A stretch of DNA of 63,242 nt, filler included, from Rhabdomonas costata (Eukaryota), in the NCBI GenBank assembly GCA_019059605.1. It is 57 parts of 57 records of this genome, joined end to end, with 100 filler letters (N's around TTAATTAATTAA, not from the genome) between each part and the next. Parts side by side here need not be neighbours in the genome. Positions count along the whole stretch, not along the records: positions 25,570 to 26,581 come from JAHMHO010033682.1; positions 26,682 to 27,692 come from JAHMHO010033683.1; positions 27,793 to 28,803 come from JAHMHO010033684.1; positions 28,904 to 29,914 come from JAHMHO010033685.1; positions 30,015 to 31,025 come from JAHMHO010033686.1; positions 31,126 to 32,136 come from JAHMHO010033687.1; positions 32,237 to 33,247 come from JAHMHO010033688.1; positions 33,348 to 34,358 come from JAHMHO010033689.1; 49 more parts are not named here. One strand, written 5' to 3'. Under the pieces are notes generated by a model. That model was given only the letters and a program-made list of their open reading frames with translations, was not told the DNA's origin and did no database searches. This document shows positions 25,587-37,408 of this stretch, in pieces; the stretch's first letter is position 1, and the number at the start of each line of letters is the position of its first letter. The position numbers and the translations under genes are program-made.

Positions 25587-26581
25587 GTGCCAATGCCTGT
25601 CAAGTTGTTTTTGAGAGTAATGAAGACTAAAATTCCCATTGTGTTAGGCTACACGTTCTTGGTGCGGGTGCAGCCGTTTGTGTACTGGAATAGACGGTTG
25701 GTCAGAGTGGAGCAGAAAGGGAAAGTCTTCGAGATACAGCGCTCACAGCGGCAGAGTCGTTTTGTATAACCTGCCCGCAGGTGAAAAGCAGCACTGTTGG
25801 GAGAGCGGCAGTCTTGACAACGCTGGTGGAGGAAGTTTCAGCTTTATAAGTGGAGAAAGACGCGCCAAAATACTCTTTGGTGCGCTCAGGCTTAATGGAC
25901 AGTAACGAACCAAGAGAAGTAGAAGAAAGATCACCCACAGCGGAGGATAAGAGAGCGCTGGCGAGAGCGCACGAACCAAAGTGGAAAGCTAGAAAGAAGT
26001 TGAAGAATTCGCCTCGGAAAGCAGTGGAAAGTTACTCAAGGTTACTCAAAGTTACCAGACTGTGATGTGCATCACGTACCGCCGGAGATGCTGGAGCTGA
26101 ACAATAAGTTTGCCCATCTCTTTCCAGAGAAGTTGCCAGTGGGACTCCCACCTTCGAGACCAACGAACCATAGGATTGGTTTACTGCCAGAGAGTAAGAG
26201 ACTGTACCGTATGTCACCAGCGGAAGATCAGGAGCTGATGAAGCAGCTTAAGTCGCTACAGGACTTGGTCTTCATCGAGCCTGCGACAACGCCGTTTGTG
26301 GCTGGAGTGTTGTTCGTTCCGAAAGCGAAGGGAAAGCTGAGGTTGTGCGTGGACTACCGCCAGCTGTATGCAATCACGGTGAAGAACTCGTACCCGTTGC
26401 CGAGGATTGACGAGATAATTGACAGGGCGTGACACTCAAAGTGGTTTACGAAATTAGATTTGCATTCAGGCTTTTACCAGATCAGGATCCATCCGACGCA
26501 CATTGAGAGGACGGCATTCAAGACAAAGTACGGGGCGTTCCAGTATTTAGTGATGCCTTTCGGTCTGTGCAATGCGCCAGC
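25587..26581 (+). mobile_element. Degenerate Ty3/Gypsy pol (end of protease plus reverse transcriptase)
   Basis: LPPSRPTNHRI, VLFVPKAKGKLRLCVDYRQL, YPLPRIDE, then after in-frame TGA (26430) [31 protein letters not shown]. Confidence 0.95.
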
Positions 26582-27103
26582 NNNNNNNNNNNNNNNNNNN
26601 NNNNNNNNNNNNNNNNNNNNNNNNNTTAATTAATTAANNNNNNNNNNNNNNNNNNNNNNNNNNNNNNNNNNNNNNNNNNNNGTCGTGGGGGGGGGGGGAG
26701 TGTGTGTCTGGGTTGGATCTGGTCATCCCATTTTTGCATTTTTCTGAAATATTGACGTCTCCCGCGCTGGTGTGTTTGCCTTTGGTCGGACAAGGGTGGC
26801 TGTTCACTCTGGGTACCCGCCCGCCTTCCTACCTTCCTACCTTCCTACCTTCGTCGATGTTTCATACAAATCGGAGGGAGGGAGGGGGTGAGTTGGAGTT
26901 ATCCTCCACATTTTGCCTTTCCGCGTACTAATCTCAGGGCCAGATCCCTGGTGCCTTGTTGCCTTTTCAATACACCGTGATTATTTGAGCGGTTAACCAG
27001 TCGAATAATTATCTACAGGTCTACCTGCTCGAAGGATGGGTTCACCCATTCGAAAATAATAGTCGCCTTATTTCGTACGTTTAGTGATATGAAGGTCGCT
27101 AAG

Positions 27104-27523
27104 AGGGGGGTGGCACCTGCTCCGGGGTAGGCTGGCGCAGACAACTGGCCACCGCTGAGCGAGTAGCTGGCAACAGGATTAATGTCGCGAGCCAGTGTGT
27201 GGAAGCTGTGCAGCTGGCTCTCTTTGGTCTCCTGGTCTCCTGGTTGTTCGGTGGCTCCGCTGTGGGGGCGCAGGCTCTGCTGGATACGGCTATCCGCCGG
27301 CTTCTGCTACGCCGGGACACCGAGCGCAAGTTGGTGTCCGCGCGCACCCTCCAGACTGCCACCTCCATGGCCCCCACCGTCAGCCGGGTCAGCAGCTTCG
27401 CCAGCGGCAACAGTGGTGACGACCTGGTGGTGGAGGACGCCGAGGTCGCTGCTTCCGGCAACGTCGAGCGCCTCCGCTCGCCCCCCTCAACCTCGGGCGA
27501 GAGCATTTATGATGGACGCGCAG
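27104..27523 (+). CDS. Internal exon, unknown protein with hydrophobic segment (VQLALFGLLVSWLFGG)
   Basis: AG acceptor, GT donor, GC3-rich frame of about 140 codons. Confidence 0.5.
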
Positions 27524-28106
27524 GTTTTTCAATCCTGCCCTTCTTCCCCCGCCCATTTCTTTGCTTTTGGTTGGAGCGAGCGAGCGCGCCGGATTTGGAT
27601 GTAGCGATTTTCTGGTGTAGATACACAAGTACCCGGAACCCGCACAATTGCACAGAGAGAGAGAGAGAGAGTGTGTGTGTGTGTGTGTGTGGNNNNNNNN
27701 NNNNNNNNNNNNNNNNNNNNNNNNNNNNNNNNNNNNTTAATTAATTAANNNNNNNNNNNNNNNNNNNNNNNNNNNNNNNNNNNNNNNNNNNNGTTGGTGG
27801 GGGCGACGCCGTGGGTGTCGCAGTGGCGGAGCCGGGTAACGGGGTCCGCTGCGGTGGTCGCGCGAAGGGGTCCCAGAGGTGTGGCGGAGGTCTGAATGAC
27901 ACGCATAAAAACTTTCGGTGAAAGGGGGGAATTGCAACCTCAAGAAGTCCAAGGAAGTCGGAGGGCCAGAACAGGAAGCAGCGAATGCAAGGGACAAAAG
28001 TGTGCAGGAGACTTAACACACGCAAAAGACAAAATCATTTCAGGAGACAGCAATGCGGAACGCGGGGTGGTGTAGGTACACTCGCGGACTCGGAAGTGCT
28101 AAGAAC

Positions 28107-28661
28107 CTGAGGGGAGAGGGCCTGCTCGGCGAGGGCGTGGGCGAGGCGGTGATGTGCCGCAATGCGCTGGCTGGTCGCGATGAAGTGCAGAGTGCGGCTC
28201 GCGGAGCCCCCGCTGGCGGCCTGCTCGCACCGCTGGCCCAGAGCCAGCAGAAGAGCCCGCACTCGCCATAGGAGCACCTGGCCGCATAAAGACATCCTTA
28301 TACGGGTGTTCCATTTTTTGTGTTCTGGTTTTTGTATGCTTCACTGTCTCTTTCGGCTTAAAACCGCAGAAAAGGTGTTGAAACCTTCATTACCCTCCTT
28401 TTCTGGCGACCACTTTTGTCCTTTAGCGTTTCTGGCGTCTCATTCTAATAAGCACTTGCTTTCGGGTCAGGAGATGCAGCGAGGTTGGCGGGTTCGCTTG
28501 CCGGGCTGTGAAGCACCGCGGTATTGGGAAGGGGACCGGGGAATGTTCTCTGGCAAAGCTTTACCTTACCAAATCTCCAATCTCACAACTTGGACCGAGC
28601 ACCTGGAGCGCCGTGGAAGGGAGCTCCCACGAACGCACTGCCCCGTGCAGGCAGCGTGTGC
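28107..28661 (-). CDS. Two exons (28661-28570, 28277-28107), unknown protein
   Basis: GTAAG...CCAG intron joins in phase 0. Confidence 0.5.
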
Positions 28662-29244
28662 CTGCCACCGCAAGGTAACACGATGGGTGGTGGAGTTTTG
28701 CGGTCAATCCCATTTCAAATATCGCCAGAAAAACCTGACTCAGGAAGGAGACTATTGTGGGGTGAAAGCATGTACACAAAACAACCCCAAACACGCCCAA
28801 CACNNNNNNNNNNNNNNNNNNNNNNNNNNNNNNNNNNNNNNNNNNNNTTAATTAATTAANNNNNNNNNNNNNNNNNNNNNNNNNNNNNNNNNNNNNNNNN
28901 NNNCGCAAAATAATTCCGAGATGGAGTTTTTCAGGGGAACTCAACTGCTGCCTTTCTTGGAGCTTGGAGTGGCCATTCCATTCAATGAGCATGACGAAGT
29001 CTGAGCAGGGCAAGGAGGGACTGTGCCCCCTCCCCCCTGGATCCTACCCGAATTCATTCATTGTGAATGAGGGCTGTGAATTCTCAAGAACGCATACACG
29101 CACTTGGAGACGCATTTGAGTCGCACATCGCCCGATTTTAGGCACCGTACTTGAGTGGTCCTGCTCAAAAATAACTGTCAACTGTTATCAATGGTGACCA
29201 TCCTTCCACGTCTCTCCCTGGACCAACAAAATGCCCCCTCCCAC

Positions 29245-29621
29245 CTTAATGGCCAGGTTGAAGGTGTTCAGAGACTCCAGCTTGAGGTGATCGTTGGGCT
29301 GGAGAAGCTCAAACAGCTGCGAATCCGAGAAAGGGAAACGCAAAATAGATCCAGATGCAGAAGCTCGGAAAGAAACCCACAGCATATAGAAAAAGATAAA
29401 ATTGCAAAGTGTGATCCACTTCCTGAGTCCAATGTGGTAGAATATAAACAGATGGTCAGTGTGTGTAAGTGAACCTGCATTCGGAGGTGGCTGCCACGGA
29501 ATCCGAACTCCCCGGCAAAGCGCACCGTGATCCCCTCCACGTTGAGCAGCAGGTAGGTCTCCTTGGTGGCCAGCATCTGGCACCGCAGCACCCCACTGAG
29601 GTAGCACGCCTGCAACGCAAC
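29245..29621 (-). CDS. Two exons (29621-29475, 29316-29245), unknown protein
   Basis: GT-AG intron joins HLRMQ|LFELLQP in phase 0; GC3-rich. Confidence 0.55.
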
Positions 29622-30256
29622 CTGAGGGCGCAGCAAGCAAACACACGCAAACACATTACTTACAAATACAGTTCGTGAGGAGGAACTATCTCTCGTTCGT
29701 TGCTTGTCCCCATCTGGACCCATCTGGTCACATGTAAGTGGGAAACGCTTCCTTCTACCAAAATCTCCTCTGCAAGTTCTGGCTTTCACACCCAAATCCT
29801 TGGCTTCGCCTCCCAGTCCTACGCATGCGCACGTCGATCCACAAGATGCGACAGACACACCCAATACAAACGAATGAATGTGCCTGTGCAAAAACGTCCC
29901 CCACACCCAACACANNNNNNNNNNNNNNNNNNNNNNNNNNNNNNNNNNNNNNNNNNNNTTAATTAATTAANNNNNNNNNNNNNNNNNNNNNNNNNNNNNN
30001 NNNNNNNNNNNNNNTTTCGTTTAGGGGTCAAAGGCCAGTCGGCGTTGCAGCTAGAGCGGGCGGCTTGGACGTGACTGAGGGGGGCCTTCAGCTACTTTTA
30101 TAATATATTGTCCAATATGGAAGATTATTATCGCTGGTAACACAAGAACCCCCCCACACACACACGTCAATTGCACCCCTACTGGAGCTTTGGTAGTTTT
30201 TCTCCTGTGTTGGATGTGGACATCGATGTCAGTGGTGGTGGTGGGGGGTCTTTCAG

Positions 30257-30954
30257 GATGTGGGACGTCCAGGGCAAGCCCTACGTGGTGAAGTCGTACT
30301 ACGATGGCTCCGCGGCGGAGGGGCCGGAGGTATACTTCGCGGATGCCTCGATGCAGGCCATGTGCCAGTACGTCGCGATGTGCTACAACCGCAGGGGCCC
30401 ACCGAAGCCCGTGCGGTTTGTCACGGCCTTTATCATCCGGTACACTCTCCCCGCCAACAAACACCCAGAGGCTGAGCGCAAACGCGTTGGATTTCTTTGT
30501 GTGTTTTTGTGGATGACACCTTGGACACGTTATCACAATAAGCCCTCCCCTCCCTGTAATGTGTGTGTGAGGTGAGCAAATGCATATTTGCATGCGCGTA
30601 TTCATTTCCGAGCAAGAACAAGGCCAAGTCTCTTGGCTTTAACGTCGTGCCCGGAACTCACGCACAGAGATCTCAACGGCTCCGGTTTGCATTACTATTT
30701 TTGTCTGTATGTGTGTGGCGAATCGTCCAATTGGTTTACACATTCGCGTTCCATTAACACCTCTTCCCCAACAGACACACGCAAACGCACTCGCAAGCTT
30801 CTCGCGGCTGTTGGCGATGGTGGCTCATACGCACAGGTGCCTGCAGCGCCCCGGTCAGCCCACGATGGCGTGCGAGGAGTTTCTGGGTGGGAACTACCGC
30901 AAGTACAACAACAACGCCGGGTACATCTCCCCGGATGACCGCAACACCCCTCAG
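30257..30954 (+). CDS. Alpha-kinase (eEF2K/myosin heavy-chain kinase family), exons 30257-30439 and 30837-30954
   Basis: YVVKSY...YFADASMQ...YNRRGPPKPVRF and EEFLGGNYRKYNNNAGY...RNTPQ signatures. Confidence 0.92.
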
Positions 30955-32338
30955 GTGCGCCATCGCTCACTGCGGACACCGCACTCCCAGATTGTTTTGC
31001 GAAAACGGTTTTGGGCATCCACCCCNNNNNNNNNNNNNNNNNNNNNNNNNNNNNNNNNNNNNNNNNNNNTTAATTAATTAANNNNNNNNNNNNNNNNNNN
31101 NNNNNNNNNNNNNNNNNNNNNNNNNGTTGGTGGGGCTGGTGTTGATGTTTGGTTGTGTGCGGGTATAATGTGGGTGCTGGGTTCGGTGTCTGTAAACCGT
31201 CAATGATTGGCTCGTCTTTTCCTGAAAGAGAAGAAATATTGGAACTTTAAGGTCGAGGTGCAAGCGGGAACTTTGGCGGCTTGAGCGTATGTCTCTTTGT
31301 TTTGCTGTTTTGGATGCATTGGGAGGAGGCTTTTGCAAGTTGTGGAAAATGTATGTGCAAGTGGAACTGAGGCTCTTGCGCAGCTGGACCTGGGGTTCGG
31401 TGGGTTGACCTTCTTGTCTCCGTTGCCACTATTCTTCTCTCGCCACGTTACTTCCTTCTTCTTTGGGTTGTGCTTTGGTGTTGGTGTGGGCTTGTTTGCT
31501 TCTTCCTCTTCTTTGCGTGGTTATGCTGAGTTGCCTGGTTGCTCCCGCGGGGTTCGAACGGATGGCATTTGGAGCTTTCGATGATTCGAGGATATCTTGG
31601 GTGGCGTGGCACTTCCCATACTTTGCCCTTGTCGGGCAGGTCAGAAAATGACCACGAGCAGAAGGATGTTTTTAACAGGAAAATAACTCAAAAGTCCTCC
31701 TGTCTCGCCAAGAGAAGAACAACCTTCGCTCCACGTCGCGAAAAAAAAAGTAGAGGGCACTGTGAGAAAGCAACCCTACCGCAGACCAATAATTAGGAAA
31801 AGGTGTGTATGGGGTGTGCAGACGAGCCCAAGAAATTCAAACAGAGAGAACAGAGGAGGCAAGATGGCACTGTTGTTGCTGCAGTGGAGGATGCTCATCA
31901 CGCAACTGAAGAAAAACGTAAACGATTCCCACCTCCAAAAGGAGACTAAAAAAATAGTGGCACAGCCCTGCCAATCGCCCATTCTGTATCAAGAGTGAAT
32001 GAAAGAGTGAATAAAGGAATACGTGAAAATGGATCAGAGAAAGGGCAGTGCCACAGAGGAGAAATCTCCCCGGGAAAAAGAAAAAGGAAAAGAACGGAGC
32101 CAATATCTCATTGTCATCAGATGGTACCACACAAAANNNNNNNNNNNNNNNNNNNNNNNNNNNNNNNNNNNNNNNNNNNNTTAATTAATTAANNNNNNNN
32201 NNNNNNNNNNNNNNNNNNNNNNNNNNNNNNNNNNNNGGTTTTTGGTTCAGGTTTGGTTTTTTTGAAAAATAGCTGGGCTTTTTGGTGCCTCGTTTTCACT
32301 CTAGTTTCTCGAAGGCTCTTCCCTCATTCTGTATTTTG

Positions 32339-33059
32339 ATGCACTCCTCTTCGTCGTCCTCCCTGAGCGTGAGTGGGGTGGAGTTTCACTGCGACAACTG
32401 TGCTGCCGCCCTTTCTGCAGGGCAGCCCAGAGTGAAGTGTGCCGTTTGCGGGGATGTTACCCATACCGGCGACTTGTTGGCCAACCCACAGTCGGATTGT
32501 CGGTGAAAAACCCTTCTTGTGCGTGAAGGAAGAACCTTTCGTTTTCCTTCCCCGCATTGCCAAGCAAAGGGATAGGATTTATGAAAATACGACCCGTTAA
32601 AGCATATGTCGCATGGATGCTCATTAACATGGTAGCAAAGGTCTGCCCTGCCGTTGGGCTCTGTAGCTCTACAAAGCTCCACTGTTGATCGGCTCACCGG
32701 TCTAAATTTTGAGTGGGGGGAGGAGTTGACTTTCACACTTCTGGGCATGATGAGCTGGGGTCCAAATTCCCGCTTCCGGGTTGGCTGAGAAGCTGCCTGG
32801 ATCTTTCGACCTCTGCGCGGCGTGCTTCGCAGCAGAAGCTGAGGTTGCGGGCCACCTCCGTACGCACCCCGTGTGGGTGGCGGAGGAGAACCTCGACGAG
32901 GTGAGGTGTGTGGGGTTGTCAGGGCGCCGGGAGTGGACTGCGGCGCGGGAACTCAGCCTGCTGGATGGCGTGGCCTACTATGGAATCGAGCGGTGGGAGG
33001 ATGTTGCGGAGTCTGTGGGCGGGGGAGTGAGCCCGCAGCAGTGTCGGCAGCACTACGAG
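32339..33059 (+). CDS. ADA2: Transcriptional adaptor ADA2 (ZZ zinc finger + SANT), exons ~32339-32464 and ~32805-33059
   Basis: FHCDNC...RVKCAVC / FDLCAACF...H...HP and WTAARELSLLDGVAYYGIERWEDVAESVG...CRQHY. Confidence 0.88.
32465..32804 (+). other. Candidate euglenid nonconventional (non-GT-AG, stem-loop) intron
   Basis: 32466-32487 pairs with 32778-32800; CTG at -8..-6 of the 3' end; removal restores CAVCGDVTHFDLCAAC. Confidence 0.6.
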
Positions 33060-33514
33060 GTTTGACGTCTTGTGACATTGTTGAGGAGTTACAGTACGGG
33101 CAGGAATAGGACCAAGCCGACTGGCTGGGCCTTTTCTCATCCCATGCTCCGGAGGTTTAACGACGGCACTCACAACGTATTTATAACAACACCACACGGA
33201 AAACCATCAAGGCAAATGGCTCTCGGCTGCCTGTGCCCACAAAACCANNNNNNNNNNNNNNNNNNNNNNNNNNNNNNNNNNNNNNNNNNNNTTAATTAAT
33301 TAANNNNNNNNNNNNNNNNNNNNNNNNNNNNNNNNNNNNNNNNNNNNTGTTCTGCTCTTGTTTTTCAATGAGGGGGCGAAAAGGGGGGGCGGGGGTGCAA
33401 TTGGTATTGCGAGTGGGATTCCAACAAGTATTTTGCACGGGGTAAGGAGGTTTATCATGTATGGCTTATTGTGTACTTGCTGATGACCCTTCGACTTACC
33501 TTCCTACCGTGTAG

Positions 33515-34358
33515 GACCCTGCTGAAGATTGATGGACTTTTGCAGCCTCTTAAGTCCAAAACCAAGCAAGGAGCTCAGCTCCGTGCGCCGACGGAGGACG
33601 AGCAAGCGGAGCTTCACCGGAGAGCATCCGATGCAGTAAAACTTGGCTGCCGAGACAACTTCAAAGAGCTATCCGACCTCAGCGCCTTTCCCAAAGGCTG
33701 GCAGAGGCGGTGTGTATCTGTGCCTAATAAGAAAAGCGTGCCCGTTCTTCCATTTTCCTTGTTCCGAAAAATGAGTGGGTCGAGAGAGATGTTCGATTTA
33801 TTGTCTGGATTAAAAGAATCCAGTCGCATATCTCCGGTATCTTCTGTCCCACCGGTGCGAACTACTTTTGAACTACTTTTTGCTTTTTCCTTATGCGTTC
33901 CTGTGGGGTTTTGAATGCTTGCTCACAATTGTAGACTTGAGTACTGATCGAACATTTGAGTTTGTGTTGCACCAACATGTGGGAACAGCTGAGCTCTCAC
34001 AGCCATCGAGGTCAGCTTAGGCAAGCCCGTAGGTGCATCCCCCCTCAGAAGCTCGACGCCTGGCTTCCATACAGACCCGGGATGAGATGATCAGCTGCCA
34101 CCGAAAGCCCCGGTGCGTTCAGCTTTAGGAGTATTGTTGTTCATCCCGATGCTTCTAGTTTGCAGTTGTTCACATTGTTTGTTGTTTTCCAGTGACGAAC
34201 GTTGCGACATGGGAACGAACGCGCAACGCTTGGTCTGCTTTGTAGGAAATGCCCCAAACAAAGGATCTGTGGAGGTTGGTCTGCTTGTTTGTCTACCCAG
34301 GTACTATGAATCCAAACTGGGCAGCCTTGGGGCAGTGAACGGGCTTTTGCCCGAGTAC
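33515..34358 (+). CDS. XRN-family 5'-3' exoribonuclease fragment, exons 33515-33709 and 34301-34358
   Basis: DAVKLG...KGWQRR|YYESKLG resembles the XRN1/2 DxVxL...GWKxRYYxxKF motif; phases match. Confidence 0.55.
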
Positions 34359-35600
34359 NNNNNNNNNNNNNNNNNNNNNNNNNNNNNNNNNNNNNNNNNN
34401 NNTTAATTAATTAANNNNNNNNNNNNNNNNNNNNNNNNNNNNNNNNNNNNNNNNNNNNGGGTAGCCCTTCCCGCTTCCCGCTCACCCCTTCCCCGTTTTC
34501 CGTCCCACCTCTGGCGCGCTGCGGTGAGGGAGTGCCTTTCTTTTCTCAGATTTTTTTATGCGCATTTCGTTTTCGTGTCCTTTTGCCTCTGTTTCTACAT
34601 TCGCGGAGATAGGGTTTGGCGGAATCCCCGAGGGTGTCAACGCCATGAAACGAAGTCACGACACGGACCGTGTTCTCGTTTTCTTTTTGTGCTGTTGCCC
34701 TCCTTTCTTTTGTGCGTGGGTTTGCCTGTGAAGTTACACGCCTTTAAAATGGGGTTAGCGCGGTGCCTGGGTTTATGCGTCTTTCTGTTGAGATGACGTT
34801 GAAGCGGATAAGGATTGTGTTTGATTCGATGTGTTCGCTGCATCTGGTTGCACATCTTTCAGTTCACCCCTTCACTTCGAAGTTATCAGCCCATCTCTGT
34901 GCTGTTTTTTGTTCCGTAGCCTCTCGAGCTCTCATTGCACCCGTCGAACCGAACTCTCAGCTGCACATCAAGCAGTAGCCAGGGCCTGCGCTGTTTCTGA
35001 ACAACTCCGGGCTTTACGTTAAGGTTTTCGCACCCTCGTTGGTAGGATGGTGTGACTACCATCTCCTGGGTATGTCTGTCTTCCTTTTCCAGAATCCGTC
35101 CTGCCCTGCCTTTGCTGGCGGAACGGTTTGCTTTTGCGGAGCGCACTCACAACACACAGTGCACAGTCGTTCCGTTCGCATTTCGCAGGTTGTCATTTTC
35201 TTTCGCACGCCCTGTTTCCCATGCTTGCGTGAGTGTGCGCGGAGTTTCACCATTCTGCTGCGGTGAGCCCACCGGTCCATGCTGCAACCTGGAGCTAGCT
35301 TTCCTTCTCGTTGCAGAAGACTTTGCTCTCGTACCTGCACGAGTGCGCTGGGGTCGGTGCAGGTGGGTCTGCTGCGTTAAAGAGGTTGGCGCCCACAGAG
35401 CTTCCTTGATTTCTCGTGTTCGAATACAGCATATGACCCTGCTCAGCCAGGTAGGTGCAATGGCGGGTTNNNNNNNNNNNNNNNNNNNNNNNNNNNNNNN
35501 NNNNNNNNNNNNNTTAATTAATTAANNNNNNNNNNNNNNNNNNNNNNNNNNNNNNNNNNNNNNNNNNNNGGGTGTGTTTTTGGCAGGCAACGGGCGGGGT

Positions 35601-35819
35601 AGAGCCATATGCATGGGCCCCCCTTAGCGGGTATAGAGGTGGGTGGATTTTTTGTACAACGTTGCTGATGCCGTCGATAAACCCTCCGCTGCTGCGATGG
35701 GGAAACAAGCCACACAACATAAAAAAGGAAGAGCCGCCAAGAGGCACAGTTGGGTTTCGGCCTGAGGGTGCAAGGACCGGCCACGCAGCGTTTTCAACAT
35801 TGATTTTTTGGGGGTACAG
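35601..35819. repeat. Repeat family B copy 2
   Basis: Homologous to 12855-13069; arms 35673-35700 and 35781-35798 are complementary. Confidence 0.8.
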
Positions 35820-35859
35820 GTTTCGGGTCACAGCGATCACACTCTTTGCAAATCGCTGA

Positions 35860-36552
35860 TTGCAGTTGACTGCCATAACATCCACCGTGGCTGGGTGCCA
35901 GGCAGCGTCACCGGCTATGAACTCTACAGTTTCTTCTGTCCCCTGCTGGGATTCTCTTTATGTTGCAAGTGGATCCTAGTTGACCTACCCCTCTCCAAGC
36001 TGCCCGCACTGCGCCAACGAGGTGCCCGAGGACCTGCAGCACCTGTGGTGGAACTGCGCCGCGTGGGAACACGTTCGCCGTGAACGCCCTGCTGCCGTCG
36101 CTGCATGGCGCCCCTCCTGGCCGCGGTGTCTCGCCCTCTGCGGCATCATGCTGACGGGGATGTACGACGACCAAGCCGAACGTGTACAAGTTGCTGCTGC
36201 GGTGCAGAAGATGATGGCGTCCGTCCTCCGGGCCCGCCATGATCGCGAGCATGCCGCCCTGCCCTCCTCGAGTTCCGCCCATGCCACCTCGTCGTCTTCG
36301 AGCACCCGGCCTTCGGGGTATCCCTGGGGCTGGCGACCTCCTGGCCCGCACGAGCGCTTCGCGGTGGACTTGCTGGACCTGCCTCTTCCTCAGAAGCTGT
36401 ACAGCGTCTGCAAGCACGCCCACTACGCTGCCCTGTACGCCTACCTGTACGAGCTGGAGTGGCCCCACCTGAGGCTCTCCGAGCAGGCCCGCGCGGACCG
36501 CAACATGCGCCGCGTGGGAACGAAGAAAGAAAGAGAGAGTGACGCTGGGTGA
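35860..36552 (+). mobile_element. Non-LTR (LINE-like) retrotransposon ORF2 C-terminal fragment
   Basis: CPHC...EDLQHLWWNCAAWEHVR is a zf-RVT-type CCHC motif, followed by WPRCLALCG; intronless; upstream part frameshifted. Confidence 0.7.
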
Positions 36553-36680
36553 CCTGCACGGCGTACACTACCACCCAACANNNNNNNNNNNNNNNNNNNN
36601 NNNNNNNNNNNNNNNNNNNNNNNNTTAATTAATTAANNNNNNNNNNNNNNNNNNNNNNNNNNNNNNNNNNNNNNNNNNNN

Positions 36681-37408
36681 CAGCCGAGTGGAGCCGGCAG
36701 TGCAGCGCGGCGTGGGAGGAGGCAAGACTACCCGAGCCCAGCACAGGTCGGTGCACCCGTTCAATGTCATAGATATGGATTCGTGTTTCCTGCCATTTCC
36801 CGCTAACGTGGGGTCTCCACAGTAATATTTGACTCCTGGCGTGGAAGACGTTGGAGAATTTTTTAGTGATGGCTCCGTCCTTTTGTTCATTCTCATCACA
36901 GTTCTGAAACAAAGTTGTGACGCTACCCCCCGCACGCATTGACGATCGCTGTCCAGATTTTGTTGCCATTTGTTGCGGGTCTCCAATCGACAACCTGTTT
37001 GTATTACTGCTGGTTGCCATGGTGACATTTTGAAGCGTGAGCTGCTGTGATGCTGTGTTGGAATACGAGACCATTTATTGTTTGAAACCGCCATGCGGTG
37101 AAGGTGACTGGTTTCTTGACGGCTCGCAGAGTCCAGCGGTACCCTCGTGAGTCCGTGCTGTTTGAGACGAAAGCCGTCTTTTTTGGTCCTTCTAGTGTGG
37201 ATTTCACCGTATGAGTTTCCCCTTCTGCTGGAGGCAAACTCGACCTCCAGGTCCTGTCGAGATGCTTAGCCACCTTTTAGATGTGCTTTTGGATCTATTT
37301 CTTTCGTCAGGACTTCCCTGCCTTCCTGAGGACTTGCAAGTCTGGAAATGGAGCCCTGAGCACGTTGCGAGCTGGTTGCGCCAGAAATCCTGCGAGGAAC
37401 TTGCGGAG
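36681..37408 (+). CDS. SAM-domain protein, exons 36681-36746 and 37311-37408
   Basis: VWKWSPEHVASWLRQ is a SAM N-terminal motif; phase-1 GT-AG intron. Confidence 0.65.

Noticed and set aside
26430-26432. In-frame TGA in Gypsy RT suggesting readthrough or an alternative genetic code
   Set aside because: The element has other stops and frameshifts; host exons show no in-frame stops.
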